Shown: piece by piece, positions 47,432 through 57,916 of the stretch
Layout: each line of letters begins with the position of its first letter
Position numbering within the stretch: the stretch's first letter is position 1
Source of the DNA: Elusimicrobiota bacterium
GTDB taxonomy: Bacteria > Elusimicrobiota > Elusimicrobia > FEN-1173
Assembly: GCA_016706425.1 (NCBI GenBank)
Contig: JADJJR010000001.1
Span: 701,973 to 765,972 of the forward strand
Direction: 5' to 3'
DNA: 64,000 nucleotides
Notes under the pieces: model-generated
What the model was told of the DNA's origin: nothing
Database searches by the model: none
The model's input: the letters and a program-made list of their open reading frames with translations, nothing else
Made by a program: the position numbers and the translations under genes

Positions 47432-47861
47432 CATGAAACGCAACGGAATAATCATCGGCGCGGCCGTTCTATTTTTATCGGCCTGCGCGGGTTTTCAGAA
47501 ACGGGCGGCCGGGACGCCGGTGTCGGATATCCTGTTGGAGCCGGTAAGCGCGGACCGCATCGCCCTGGCCGACGTGAAGGTGTTGCGGGATGAAAAAGGG
47601 GTCTACGTAGAAGGGTGGGCCGTCGACAGCAACTTCGGACGGCGACGCCATCCGGGCCACATCGACATGAGCCTGTTCGGCCCGGACGGGGAAGTCGTGA
47701 CGACGGGGACGTTCGAGGTCAAAGCCTGGATGAGCACCCTGGTCGGGCGGCGGTTCCGTTTCGAGTCGCGCTTGCCGGAGGACCTGAAACCGGGGTCCAA
47801 AGTGCGCGTCCGCTTCCACGATACCGCGAAGGTCTTGCGTTCATCCCCTCACGAATTCTAG
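47432..47861 (+). CDS. hypothetical lipoprotein
   Basis: GGAGG SD. Lipobox LSAC. 143 aa. Start at the internal Met of the tracked ORF. Confidence 0.5.
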
Positions 47862-47906
47862 ATTGTTCCTCATGTGGCATCGATTTATTGTCGGAAAGGG
47901 ATGGTC

Positions 47907-48569
47907 ATGCCTGACAATTGGAAGGGCAGGATAGATCGGAAATTCCGTTGGATGAGTTTGTTTTATGACGCGTTCGACCTTGTTTTCATAACCGCGCCAT
48001 CCCGGAACCCCCGCCGCATTCTGGCCGAGGCGGTTCCGCCGGACGCACGCCGCATTTTGGACGTGTGCGCGGGAACCGGGCGGGGCGCGCTGGCGGTGGC
48101 GGCGCACCGTCCGGGGGCGCAAGTCATCGGGATCGACCTGTCCGTCCCCATGTTGGCCGTGGCGGAGCGCAAGGTTCCTCCGAAGGACCGAGGGCGCGTG
48201 ACGTTCCGCGCGATGGACGCCGCCCGACTGGAATTCGAGGACGGGTCATTCGACGCCGCCATGATCTCGCTGGCTCTGCACGAACTGCCGCCGGACCTTC
48301 GCGCCCGCGTCCTGGATGAGATGGTCCGCGTCGTGAAACCCGGCGGGCGGATTTACGTGGCGGACTACGACTGGCCGTCCGCCGCCGTAGGGAGGCTCCT
48401 CCTCCGGCTTTTCTTCCTGGTGTTCGAGCCGCCGCACGTTTTGGAATTCATGCGGACGGATTGGCCTGTTGAGTTTGATCGACGGGGATGCGTGCTCCAG
48501 GAGGAGAAGAAGGCCCTCTACACCCGTATTCTCGTTGGAAATAAACAAAGGGAAGCGCAGGAAAAATGA
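47907..48569 (+). CDS. class I SAM-dependent methyltransferase (Methyltransf_11/UbiE-like, small-molecule type)
   Basis: Motif I ILDVCAGTGRGA, motif post-I VIGIDLS. No DNA-methyltransferase DPPY/NPPY motif. Confidence 0.7.
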   Translation: MPDNWKGRIDRKFRWMSLFYDAFDLVFITAPSRNPRRILAEAVPPDARRILDVCAGTGRGALAVAAHRPGAQVIGIDLSVPMLAVAERKVPPKDRGRVTFRAMDAARLEFEDGSFDAAMISLALHELPPDLRARVLDEMVRVVKPGGRIYVADYDWPSAAVGRLLLRLFFLVFEPPHVLEFMRTDWPVEFDRRGCVLQEEKKALYTRILVGNKQREAQEK

Positions 48570-48812
48570 TCCTCCCCCCCCATGGATAAAACCCGTTTGG
48601 TCAAAAAGGCCTTCATTTACCAGTACGTCCTCGTCGGATGGAACGTTTTGGAGGCCTGCATCGCCTTCGTTTCCGGGAAGGCGCTCTGGTTGAAAGAGGC
48701 TCCCCGTGAGAGCCTGGTGGGGATATCTCTCTCGGGACAATGCCGGGCCGGAGCCCCAGAGGGGCAAGGCGGCGGAGCCCCCCCGAGAATCCGAACGAAG
48801 TGAGGAGGCGAG

Positions 48813-49643
48813 ATGCCTAAAGATTCCGTGTTGACGACGACGGGTTACAACAAGCTCGTCGATGATTTGAACAAGATCATCAACGAGGGGCGGGCGCGGG
48901 TGAAGTCCGCCGCGAACATGGAACTTGTGCGGACCTATTGGGCCGTCGGCCGCCGGATTGAAGATGAAGGCCTGACGGAGACCGCCGGTTACGGCGACGC
49001 CGTCATGGAAAAATTGGCGGTCGCTCTGAAAACGGACCGCTCCACTCTGGTCCGGTGCATCCAGTTCTATAACGACTATCCGAAAAGCGCGCCGGAATAC
49101 TCCATCCCTTGGACATCGTGGCGGCTCCTCTTGACCGTCGGGAACGAGAAGGAGCGGGGCTACTACATCGAGAAGGTGGAGAAAGAACATTGGAGCTACG
49201 AAAAACTTGTGGAGGCTGTCCGGGACGATAGCGCCGTCACCCCGTCGGGGAAGGGCGGAAAGAAGTTGACGCGCCCGACGGGCGGACCCTTTACCTATGT
49301 CGCCACCATTCTGCGGGTTGTGGACGGGGACACTCTGCTTGTGATGGCCGACCTTGGGTTTGAGGTCTGGAAGGAACAGCGGCTCCGGCTGGCCTGTTTG
49401 GACGCCCCGGCGTTGGGCGAGGACGGCGGGCCGGAGGCCCAAGAGTATGTCCTGAGCCAACTGGCGAAGGCCAAGAGGGTGGTCATTCGGACGGGGAAGG
49501 TGGACGCTCACGGGCGGTACGTGGCGCATGTGTTCTATACCTTGGACCCGGAGATGGAGCGGGAGAAAGTTTTTACCGACGGGAACTGGCTGAACCAGGA
49601 GCTTATCAACCGGGGGTTGGCGAGAGCGGTTTCGGGTTTCTGA
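48813..49643 (+). CDS. nuclease fusion: DUF1016 (YhcG) N-terminal domain + staphylococcal-nuclease-like (SNase/thermonuclease) domain
   Basis: GAGGAGG SD. N-terminal ELVRTYWAVGRRIEDEG..GYGDAVMEKLAVAL. C-terminal VVDGDTLLV...RLACLDAPAL...GRYVAHV SNase pattern. Confidence 0.65.
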   Translation: MPKDSVLTTTGYNKLVDDLNKIINEGRARVKSAANMELVRTYWAVGRRIEDEGLTETAGYGDAVMEKLAVALKTDRSTLVRCIQFYNDYPKSAPEYSIPWTSWRLLLTVGNEKERGYYIEKVEKEHWSYEKLVEAVRDDSAVTPSGKGGKKLTRPTGGPFTYVATILRVVDGDTLLVMADLGFEVWKEQRLRLACLDAPALGEDGGPEAQEYVLSQLAKAKRVVIRTGKVDAHGRYVAHVFYTLDPEMEREKVFTDGNWLNQELINRGLARAVSGF

Positions 49644-49676
49644 TTTTCGGGCGAGAGCCCGGAGAAAATCAGGGGT

Positions 49677-49720
49677 GGACGCCGGTGAGGAGAGGGTTTC
49701 CCCACCGGCGTCTTGTTTTT
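49677..49720 (+). terminator. intrinsic terminator after the nuclease gene (GACGCCGGTG...CACCGGCGTC + T8)
   Basis: 10-bp perfect stem followed by TTGTTTTTT. Confidence 0.7.
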
Positions 49721-50388
49721 TGGCCGTCGCGCGGGGTTGGCGCGGGCGGCGAGGCCGGCGCGCTGAAGGCGCGAGGGTGAGCCGGACGGGCGAGCTCCGC
49801 GAGGCCGGGGTGGGTTTCCCCGGCGAGAGGTTCGGCCGGGACTCGGGCGGGGTGAAGCCACGAGACGCGGCGCTCCGGCGCAGGGTTTCCGCGCCTGGAT
49901 GCGCCCAAGGCCGACAGGCCGGGCGCGTCGAGGGCGGGACGCGCGAATTTTGCGCGCGGCCTCTGGCCGGGATTGTCGTGGGGTGGGCGCGGGGGAGGGG
50001 GGTTGCCCCCCGGTGGGCTGCGCCCCCGCCCCGTGCGCGGCGGTTTTTGCCGCGCACCTGGCCGGGCCGTTGGTGACGGAGCGGAGACGGACGAAAGCGG
50101 ATGAGACGAACCCAAACCCACCGACGGAACTACGGAGCAAAGCCCGGGGGGAGGGGGCGCGTTTAGACCACCGCATATAGCTCCGAGCTTGCGATGGGAA
50201 CCACTTCTGATTTTGTTGTGAAGCGAACCCCTCCCTCCAGACGAAATACCCCCCCAGGGTATTCCACGCCCCCCCCCGGCTGAGTTTGGCACATGGCTCC
50301 GGCGGGTTGGGCCGCACCTTTTGGGAGCCGTGAAGAGAAACCCACCTGGAAGACAGGGGCAAAAACACCGGACAAATAGTGCCTGACA

Positions 50389-50413
50389 GGCACAACTAAA
50401 CGCCCCCTGGCGG
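50389..50413. terminator. terminator-like hairpin (AACGCCCC-CTGGC-GGGGCGTT + TTT) just inside the island, before repeat B
   Basis: 8-bp stem plus a T-tract. Lies in an 830-bp non-coding stretch. Confidence 0.4.
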
Positions 50414-50477
50414 GGCGTTTTTCAGCCCCGACACCGATGGCCGGGCCGGGGGGCCGCAACCTTTTCGATTTTAGGTT

Positions 50478-51996
50478 TGCGCGCGCCCCCCCAAAAGGCC
50501 ACCGGCCAACGACCCGGCCCCCCGGCCCGGACAGCGGGCCCGCCAACGGCGGGCGGGGGCGTGACCTGCACCGGGCGACGGCGGGTCAAGTCCGGGAGGG
50601 CGACACTCTGCGGGGGGTGGTTTGGTTTGGCCGAAGACCGGAGCGGAAACGAAACAGTCGCCCCGAGGAGGTGCGCCGCGCAAGTTTTTCGTGCGGCGCG
50701 CCGGGCGTCCGTCCGCCAGCACAGCGGGCCGAGGTGCGGCGGCGGCGTTCTCTGCCGCCGACGCGGCGAGGGAAGCGGGGCACCGGCCGACGCCGCCCGT
50801 TTTTCGTGGCGGCGGCCGGTGCGGTTTTTCTCCGAAGGCCGGAGCGGGTGCCGTCACTCCGCCGGACCGGACGTTTAACCGTCAGCGACGACCGAGCGGC
50901 CTGGACCGGCGCACGCTCTCGTGCCGGGCCGGGCCGCGCCCCCGTCTCTCCCCGGACGACACAGGGCGGGGGTTTCTGTCCGAGCGCCCGGGCGATGATC
51001 CCCTTCCCCCGCCAGCGACACAGCGCCGGGGTTTTCCGGCGGAGCGCCACGGTCGCCCCGCCTTTTCCCCGGCCATGTTCAAGCGCCCGGGTTTTCTTTC
51101 CGGGCGCGGGACTCGCTTCTTCCGGGGGGTGGCTTCTTCTGGTTTTCGCGGCGGGCGGCGTCCATCCGTCGGGAAAACGACACCGGGCGGGATCATCCCC
51201 ACGCGGCCGGATCACGATCCCCGGTCCCCGATTCACGAAACAGGGCGGGGGTTTTCTCCCGGCGGCGGTGGCTTCCGGTTTTCCAGGGGACGACAGCCGG
51301 GGCCGTTATCCCTCCGGCCGGGACAAAGACGAAGCCCGGCGGCGGTGTCCATCCATCCGGCGGGACGACGAGGACGGGCGGCGGGATCATGTCGGCGTGT
51401 GGCTGTGGATTCCTTCCCGCCGTGACATGGCGGCGGGTGCTGTCCCCGCCAACGATGACGCCGCCACTCAGGGACGACGACGCGGCGGGATGTCGGATGG
51501 ACAACGGGACGCGGCGGCGTTGTCCATCCTCTCGTCACACTTCGCCAGTGACGACGATGCGGCGATGTGACCGACGGGAACGCGAGGCGCGGAACGCCGT
51601 CCCTTCTCGTCATGGTGATCAGCGAAGACGACGCGGCGCGGTGTGTCCCGCGCTGGAAGGCGGCGGGTATAACCGTCACAAATTCATTATTGAAAGGTGA
51701 AGGATGAATTCCCGACGGAAAATTCGGCCCCTCACCCGGCCTTCGGCCACCCTCTCCCAAGGGGCGAGGGAAACGTCCGCCCTCTCCGGCCCCGTCCGGG
51801 GCACCCTCTCCCGCACGCGGGCGAGGGGAACGGCAACCCAAGGGGCGCTATATGGTCGTGAGTTCATCATCAACCGACAATTTAGAAGGGCGGAGGTAGT
51901 ATTGCCCGGTTTGACGATAGGTTCCCCAGTAGCTATGTGTTATATTTGGGAAGAGAAGTCGGGCCTTATTTCGCGGGATTTCAAATATCTCGCCAT
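50478..51996. repeat. 1.5-kb non-coding GC-rich structured repeat, copy B (island-right, inverted). Its outer end carries the tRNA-like remnant GGGATTTCAAATATCTCGCCA followed by unique chromosomal DNA.
   Basis: Reverse complement of 32192-33719 with a few indels. Confidence 0.8.
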
Positions 51997-52109
51997 TTGT
52001 CCCGGGGCCTTGTGGCCCGCACGACGCCCCGGGCCCCGTTGGTGAATCCAAGGGCCTTTCCCGGGGGCGGTGGGCGCACGGTCCAGAACGCTCTCAACCT
52101 CACGGCCAG

Positions 52110-52157
52110 AAACGAAACCATGACCCGACGGCGACGCCGTTGGGTTTCGTTTTTTTG
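52110..52157. terminator. intrinsic terminator (AAACGAAACC...GGTTTCGTTT + T7) between repeat B and the TonB-dependent receptor 3' end
   Basis: 10-bp stem, A-tract upstream and T-tract downstream, so it can act bidirectionally. Confidence 0.5.
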
Positions 52158-52171
52158 GGGGGGGAGGGACC

Positions 52172-52729
52172 TCAGCGCGTTTTTAGGGTGACCTGGGCGT
52201 AAACGGAACGGGGAACCTGGCCGGCGGCGTCGAAGATGATGGTGCCGTATTCGGGGTGGCGGGGATCAAGCAGGTTCCGTCCGGCCACAAGGAATTCGAC
52301 GGTGGGGGCGGGCCGCCAACTCAAAGCCAGATCGACCCGCCAATAGGCGTCGATGCGGAAGGCCCGATCGGCGTGTTTTAAATCGATGGTCGAATAATAA
52401 AGCGCGGTGTTCGTCATACCCAGCGTGGGTGTCATGTCCCAATAAGATTGCAGGCGCCCCATGTGTTTGGGGTAGGAGGCTTCGAACCGGTCGGCGGTGC
52501 GAAGATGCTCCTGGTAAAAGGAGTAGGCTGACGACAACGTCCACACCCGGCTCGGGTTCCATCGCCCGCTCGCCTCGCCGCCGTAAACGCAACCGGGGTC
52601 GCTGTTGGTCCAGGGCAGGGGTTTTTCCAGGGGGGCGAAGGTCAAGGGCGCGGTGCGGTCGATGTTGATCAGCCGTTCGTAGCGATTGTAAAAGCCCACG
52701 ATGTCCAGCCCGGTCCGTGGCGTGGGGCC
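52172..52729 (-). pseudogene. TonB-dependent receptor, C-terminal beta-barrel fragment (gene split by an IS3-family insertion)
   Basis: Barrel-like sequence is continuous with the N-terminal fragment at 53943-55373 once the IS is removed. The first ~25 codons of the tracked ORF derive from the IS. Confidence 0.6.
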
Positions 52730-52745
52730 GACGTTCCCCCGCTTT

Positions 52746-53532
52746 TCAGGCCATTGGCAATTGGTATTTCTCGGGTGCTGAATCCGTCTTGTGCTTCTCT
52801 GCAAACTCGCTGGGCGTGAGCCCATTCAGCGAGCCATGCGGCCGTTTCTCATTGTAATCTTTTCTCCACGCCTCGATGACCGTCTGCGCCTCGACCATTG
52901 TCAAGAACTGGTTATCGTTAAGGCACTCCTCCGTAACCGCCCGTTGAAACTTTCGATGAAGGCATTCTCGTTCGGCTTGCCCGGACGGATGAAGTCCAAC
53001 CGCACGCCCTTTCGTAAGCCCAACCGTCCAGCGCGTTGCCCGTAAATTCGGGGCCGTTGTCGCAGCGAATCCCGCCGACCTTCCGGGATTCCATCAACCC
53101 TTCCAGCGTTTGCGCCACCCGGCGGCCATTGATCCCAAAGTCAACCTCGATGGCCAGGCACTCCCGGGTAAAATCGTCCACCACCGTCAGCATCTTCACC
53201 CGTCTTCCGTTTCTCAGCATGTCCCATACGAAGTCCATCGACCACGCCTGATTTGGCCCGGTCGGTTTCGCCAAAGGCACACGAACCACCGCCGCTTGCT
53301 TCTTGCGCCTTTTCAACCTCAAAGAGAGCCGTTCTTCGACGTAAATCCGATGCACCCGCTTATGGTTGACCTTCCAACCCTGCCGATCCAGCATGAGCCA
53401 TATCCGCGGCGCTCCGAACCGCCGCCTCTGCGCCGCCAGTTCCCGTATCCGCGCGCGAAGCGCCACGTTTTCAGCCGATTCAGGCTCGGCACATATTGCC
53501 ACGTCGCTCGGCACAATCGCGTCAACCGGCAC
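52746..53532 (-). pseudogene. IS3 transposase OrfB (DDE integrase core), frameshifted
   Basis: rve-domain sequence in two frames: 204-aa ORF 52918-53532 (WSMDFV..) and C-terminal ESFNGRLREECLN..PHGSLNGLTPSEF in another frame down to 52746. Confidence 0.6.
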
Positions 53533-53599
53533 GCTCGTCTTCCCGTCAGGCCCAAGACTTCCACCGCGTGTTTCGCCGCCGCACGCCTTGCCTTGGGCC

Positions 53600-53866
53600 T
53601 TACCAGTTTTTTGAGAGCAGCTCCTTTGCCGCGTCCAGGTCCATCGTCAATTCCCCGATTTTCCGCTTGAGCTTCAGATTCTCATCCTCAAGGGATCGGA
53701 GTTTCCTCACGTCCGGGACCGTCATCCCGGTGAATTTCGTCCGCCACGCGTAGAACGTATTGCGGTTGACCCCGTACTGCCGGCAAATATCGTCTGTCTT
53801 CGCGCCCGCCGCCGCTTCCTTCAGAATCGCTACGATCTGCTCTTCGGTGTATCGCTTCCGAGCCAT
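53600..53866 (-). CDS. IS3 transposase OrfA (HTH)
   Basis: ARKRYTEEQIVAILKEAAAGAKTDDICRQYGVNRNTFYAWR plus leucine zipper. Confidence 0.8.
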   Translation of the reverse strand: MARKRYTEEQIVAILKEAAAGAKTDDICRQYGVNRNTFYAWRTKFTGMTVPDVRKLRSLEDENLKLKRKIGELTMDLDAAKELLSKNW

Positions 53867-53942
53867 TTTTGGGCCTCCATTTGGTCTATACTAGCACCTA
53901 GGAATCCCAATTGCGTTTGGCCTGGTTTACCGGGGGAACGTC

Positions 53943-55373
53943 GGGGCGGCCCCGGTAGCCCACTTCATAGGCCATAAGAGTTTCCGCCTTCAATTCCGAG
54001 TCCCCCCGGATCACCCCGAAGACCGTGGCGGGGAACGTGGCGACGAGCAGATAGCGGAAGGCGCCGGTGTCTTCCACCTGGGAGGGTGTCCGCACCGCCC
54101 GGGACACAGCGCCCCAAACGGTGTGGTCGTCGTTCAATGACAGGGCGGTGTTCAAGCGGGGTTGGATTTCGGTGCCGGTGAAATCATTCCATTCCAGTTT
54201 TGACCCCGCGGTGACGGACCAGCGTCGGGGCACAATTTTTATTTCATCCTGCAGAAAAGCGCTGTAGGTGCGGTGCGTGTGGGAAGGTTGATCGGCGGTG
54301 CCCACCGTTGAGCCGAGGGAATGGTCCTGCCACCAACGGAACCCCGCGCCCCACACCACCCCGTGCCGGTCCCCGTCGTAGGTGTGTTGGGTTTGGGCGT
54401 CCAGGGTGTCGTAGGTGGGTTGGATGTAGGACTGCGTGCGTTCGGCCCGGTCGTAATACACCCGAAGACCCAGCCGATTCCGGGCGCCGATTCTTCGCTG
54501 GGCGTCGACCAAGGCGTGCCCGCCCCGGGACACAAAATCATCCTGCCACAGGGTGACCCCTCCCGGCGCCAATTCGGCCACACGGTAGGTGTTCCGGGCG
54601 GGGTGGTTGTAGATTTCGGCTTGGGCCATCACGGACCCGTCCTCGGAGGATCTGTCGAAACGCATTCCACCGCGGTAGGCGCGGCGCGCGTCGTTGCGGT
54701 CTTCCCCGTCGTTGTCCACGGTGTTGTTGAACGCGGCCCCCTGGCCGTACACGCGCAGGGCACCGCCGGCCGCTTTGCCCCCCCAACGCAACGCCCCGTG
54801 GGATTGCTCGAAAGTGCCGCCCCCCGCCTGTAAAAATCCGCCTTGGGTTTGATGGGCGGATTTCGTGACGATGTTGATCACCCCGTTCACGGCGTTGGCG
54901 CCCCAAATGGTGCCGCCCGGTCCCCGGATCACTTCGATCCGCTCGATGTCATCGATGAGCGTGTCCTGGAGGTCCCAATAGGTCCCCGCGAAAAACGGGC
55001 TGTAGAGGCTTCGGCCATCGCGCAGCACGAGCATCTTGTTGTTGTAGCGGTCGGCGAAACCACGGGCGCTCACCGCCCAACCGCCCCCGTCGATTTGGGC
55101 CACGTAGAGGCCGGGGACCAACCGCAACAGGTCCGGCACGGACCGGGCCCCCGATTGGCGGATTTCCTCGGCGGTCAAAACGTGGATGGCGGCGGCGGCC
55201 CGGCCGAGGGATTCTTCTTTGTTGGAAACGGAAGTCACGGTGATGTCCGTTTTGAGCAACTGTTCCAAATCGAGGGAAAACACGTCCACTTCCGCGGCCG
55301 CGGGGAAAGCGGCACTGAAAAGGAGGGCCGACAAAGTTCGGGACCGTCGTAGCAAGGTGGGGATGGACGTCAT
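53943..55373 (-). pseudogene. TonB-dependent receptor, N-terminal fragment (signal peptide, plug, start of barrel). Its last ~17 codons read into the IS.
   Basis: Signal peptide, TonB box-like region, plug motifs (IEVIRGPGGTIWGANAVNGVINIVTK). Confidence 0.65.
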
Positions 55374-55462
55374 TCAAAGCCTCCCGGGGGGTGGTCGTTT
55401 TCGTGCTTTTCATTTATAGGTGATAAACGCCACGGGCGCAAGGGTGGGGGGCCAATTGCCCA

Positions 55463-55491
55463 TTGACAAAAGACCGTCGCGGGCGTATGGT
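55463..55491 (+). promoter_or_regulatory. sigma70-type promoter upstream of the MCP gene (TTGACA-17 nt-TATGGT)
   Basis: Consensus -35, 17-nt spacer, good -10, ~40 nt before the ATG. Confidence 0.45.
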
Positions 55492-55532
55492 GGAGACGGC
55501 CGGGACGTCGGCCCGCATCGTCGAATCACAAC

Positions 55533-56951
55533 ATGAAAACACTGACGGTTTCCAAACGGCTCCACATCATCTCCGTCACCGGGGTGGTTTTTTCCATTGC
55601 GCTCAGCGCGTTCAGCTTGATCGCCGTGTCCTTGGCCCACCAAGGCACGCGGGACCTCGCGCGGATGAACAAAGCCCTCCAGAAGATCATCGACGCCGGC
55701 ACGGCCCGCGAAGCGGTGAGGGAAAACCTCCTGACGCTGTTGTCCGGCGATCTGACGGAGGACGAGCCGGTCCGACGGGAAAACATCAAAAACACGCTCG
55801 AGGAAACACTTCGCCACGTAACCGTGGCCGCCCAGGTTCCCTACGCGCGGCCGGAAACCCGGGATGGGTTCGCCCGGCTCACGCCCGCGTTGGAGGATTT
55901 CGCCGGTAAAACCCGCGAAACAATGGCGCTCGCCGCCACGCACCTTTCCAAAGCGCGCGCCAATTACGACGTCTTCCTTGACAGCCATCAGCGTCTGCAA
56001 TCTCTGATGCGACCTTTGGCGCCCTTGATCGAAGCCGAATTGGTGGACGTGGAGAGAGGGGTTTTCGCCCGCGGCCGGGGATTGCGGGCGCTGACTTACA
56101 CTTTTTGTTTCGTCTCGCTCGTGGGTTTGCTCGCCCTGTCGGCCTGGGCGGGTCGCCGCGTCACGCGGGACTTGACCCGCGCGATGCGTGTGGTCCAGCA
56201 ATTGTCCACGGTCGTCCTGCCCCAAAAGCTCGAAGTGGCCCGCCACAACGCCAAGGAAACCATGAGCCACTCCAACGGCGTTTCCGCCGCGGCGGAGCAG
56301 GCCAGCCGGAGCAATCAATTGGTGGCGGCCGGGGTCCAGGAACTGGCCACCAGCGTCGAGGACGTGGCCCACAACGCCCACGAGGCGGCCCGCGTGGCGA
56401 CCGAGGCGGTCCGCATCGCCGAGGCCACGACCCGGACGGTCACCCGCCTGGGGGAGTCCAGCGGGGACATCGGTCAAATCATTCAAGTGATCGACCGGAT
56501 CGCCGAGCAAACCAATTTGCTGGCCTTGAACGCGACCATCGAGGCCGCCCGGGCCGGCGAGGCGGGCAAGGGGTTCGGGGTGGTGGCCGGGGAAGTCAAG
56601 GACTTGGCCAAAGAAACGGCCAAGGCCACCGAAGAAATTCGCCACAAGGTCGAGACGATTCAAGGGGACACGACCAGCGCGGTCAAGGCCATCGAGGCCA
56701 TCGGCGACATCATCAAGAAAATCAACACCTACCAGGGCAACATCGCCGGGGCCATGGAGGAACAATCCGCGATCACCAAGGAGATCGGCGTCAGCGCGGC
56801 CGAAACGGCGCGGTCCAGCTCCCAAATCGCCCAAAGCATCACGGGGGTCGCCCAAATGGCGCGGAACACTTTCGCGCAAACCGAAGACACCCAAGTGACG
56901 CAAAAGGAAATCCAAGATCACATCGACCAGTTGCAGAGGTTCATCGGATGA
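55533..56951 (+). CDS. methyl-accepting chemotaxis protein
   Basis: Two TM segments flanking a periplasmic region. Highly conserved MCP signalling domain ([33 protein letters not shown]). Confidence 0.85.
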   Translation: MKTLTVSKRLHIISVTGVVFSIALSAFSLIAVSLAHQGTRDLARMNKALQKIIDAGTAREAVRENLLTLLSGDLTEDEPVRRENIKNTLEETLRHVTVAAQVPYARPETRDGFARLTPALEDFAGKTRETMALAATHLSKARANYDVFLDSHQRLQSLMRPLAPLIEAELVDVERGVFARGRGLRALTYTFCFVSLVGLLALSAWAGRRVTRDLTRAMRVVQQLSTVVLPQKLEVARHNAKETMSHSNGVSAAAEQASRSNQLVAAGVQELATSVEDVAHNAHEAARVATEAVRIAEATTRTVTRLGESSGDIGQIIQVIDRIAEQTNLLALNATIEAARAGEAGKGFGVVAGEVKDLAKETAKATEEIRHKVETIQGDTTSAVKAIEAIGDIIKKINTYQGNIAGAMEEQSAITKEIGVSAAETARSSSQIAQSITGVAQMARNTFAQTEDTQVTQKEIQDHIDQLQRFIG

Positions 56952-57544
56952 GGGAAAACGGAGGGGGGGCCGTCGGCACTGAAAAACCCACCGCGTTCCG
57001 TCCTCTGGGGCGGAGGGCGGCGTTGGGGTTGTTGCTTTTGTCGGCCTGGGGCGCCTTCGCGGCGCCGGCCCGGGTTCCCTCCAAACTGCAGTTGGCCCTC
57101 TTGACGAAAATTTTCGCCCAGGACGATTCCCTCCAGTCCCGCAACCGAATTCGTGTCCAAATCGTGTTCGACCCGGCCGGGGCCGACTCGGCGTGGTTAA
57201 AAACCGAAGTGTCCGAATTGGCGCGTGGGGCGGCGGCTCTGGCGGTCGGCGGGCGCGGTGTGGAAACGGAAGTGGTGAGGGTGGACGAAATCAAAGACAA
57301 ACCGATCCCGGACATTTACTTTCTTTGCGCCCTCAACGACGCATCGGCGCAGGCCGTTTTTGAAACGGCGCGGACCCGGAAAATCCGTTGCTTCGGCAGC
57401 GAGCCCGGGGACGCCCGCCGGGGGGCGTCCGTCTCCATCGGGGTCGCCGACGGGAAACCGCGGATTCGCATCAACAGGGGCGCGGCCGCGGCCCAAGGGG
57501 CCAAATTTTCCGAAGCCGTCCTTAATCTCGCCGACGTGTTTTAA
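56948..57544 (+). CDS. hypothetical periplasmic protein (DUF4154/YfiR-like?)
   Basis: Signal peptide [18 protein letters not shown]. 4-nt overlap with the MCP stop. Family assignment tentative. Confidence 0.45.
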   Translation: MRENGGGAVGTEKPTAFRPLGRRAALGLLLLSAWGAFAAPARVPSKLQLALLTKIFAQDDSLQSRNRIRVQIVFDPAGADSAWLKTEVSELARGAAALAVGGRGVETEVVRVDEIKDKPIPDIYFLCALNDASAQAVFETARTRKIRCFGSEPGDARRGASVSIGVADGKPRIRINRGAAAAQGAKFSEAVLNLADVF

Positions 57545-57556
57545 GGGCGCGCCTGT

Positions 57557-57916
57557 TCAAGGGGCCTTCCCCAGGCTTTCCTTTAAGGCCGGGGGTGGCA
57601 AACCGGACCGGCGTTTCGCAAATCCCGCAATCGCCTCCAGAGATTTTTGAAGCAACGCCGCGACGTCGGAAGGAACGCGGCCCGTTTCCATCCAACGGCG
57701 CGCCAGGGGTTCGGCGGCCGCGGCCAACCGCCCCCACTCCGAATGCCCGAGGAGTCCCGCGGTCCCGGCGAGCGTGTGGAAAGCCCGGGCCACCGTCGCG
57801 ATCTCCCCCGGGGAGGGAGGCGCCGATCGACCCGGCGCGAGGGCCTGTTGGGCCACCGCCGTGTTGGTCGCCGTTTCCGCAAAAAAAAGCTCGATCAATT
57901 CCGGATCAGAGGCCAC
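57557..57916 (-). CDS. Hpt-domain (histidine phosphotransfer) protein
   Basis: IATVARAFHTLAGTAGLLG conserved His context. GTG start. Overlaps the cheB end. Confidence 0.55.
   Translation of the reverse strand: MASDPELIELFFAETATNTAVAQQALAPGRSAPPSPGEIATVARAFHTLAGTAGLLGHSEWGRLAAAAEPLARRWMETGRVPSDVAALLQKSLEAIAGFAKRRSGLPPPALKESLGKAP

Larger units (their letters stand above)
32192..51996. mobile_element. putative genomic island (defence + metal-efflux cargo) delimited by 1.5-kb inverted repeats, next to the tRNA-Ser integration hotspot
   Basis: Terminal inverted repeats, tRNA-end remnants, low-GC cargo block (34.4-40.3 kb), heavy-metal efflux and nuclease genes. No recognisable transposase inside. 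Confidence 0.45.
52730..53942 (-). mobile_element. IS3-family insertion sequence (~1.2 kb) with terminal inverted repeats GACGTTCCCCCG..AGGCC
   Basis: orfA and orfB are present. ~24-bp imperfect terminal inverted repeats at 52730-52752 and 53919-53942. It interrupts the TonB-dependent receptor gene. Confidence 0.7.

Noticed and set aside
47874-47906. Upstream ATGs for the methyltransferase gene (47874, 47901)
   Set aside because: The ATG at 47907 has the best-spaced GGAAAGGG SD. The earlier ATGs are too close to the SD or lack one.
48246-50395. 603-aa and 286-aa minus-strand ORFs spanning the methyltransferase-nuclease region
   Set aside because: They are antisense to two genes with SDs and domain homology. 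The translations are P/R/G-rich.
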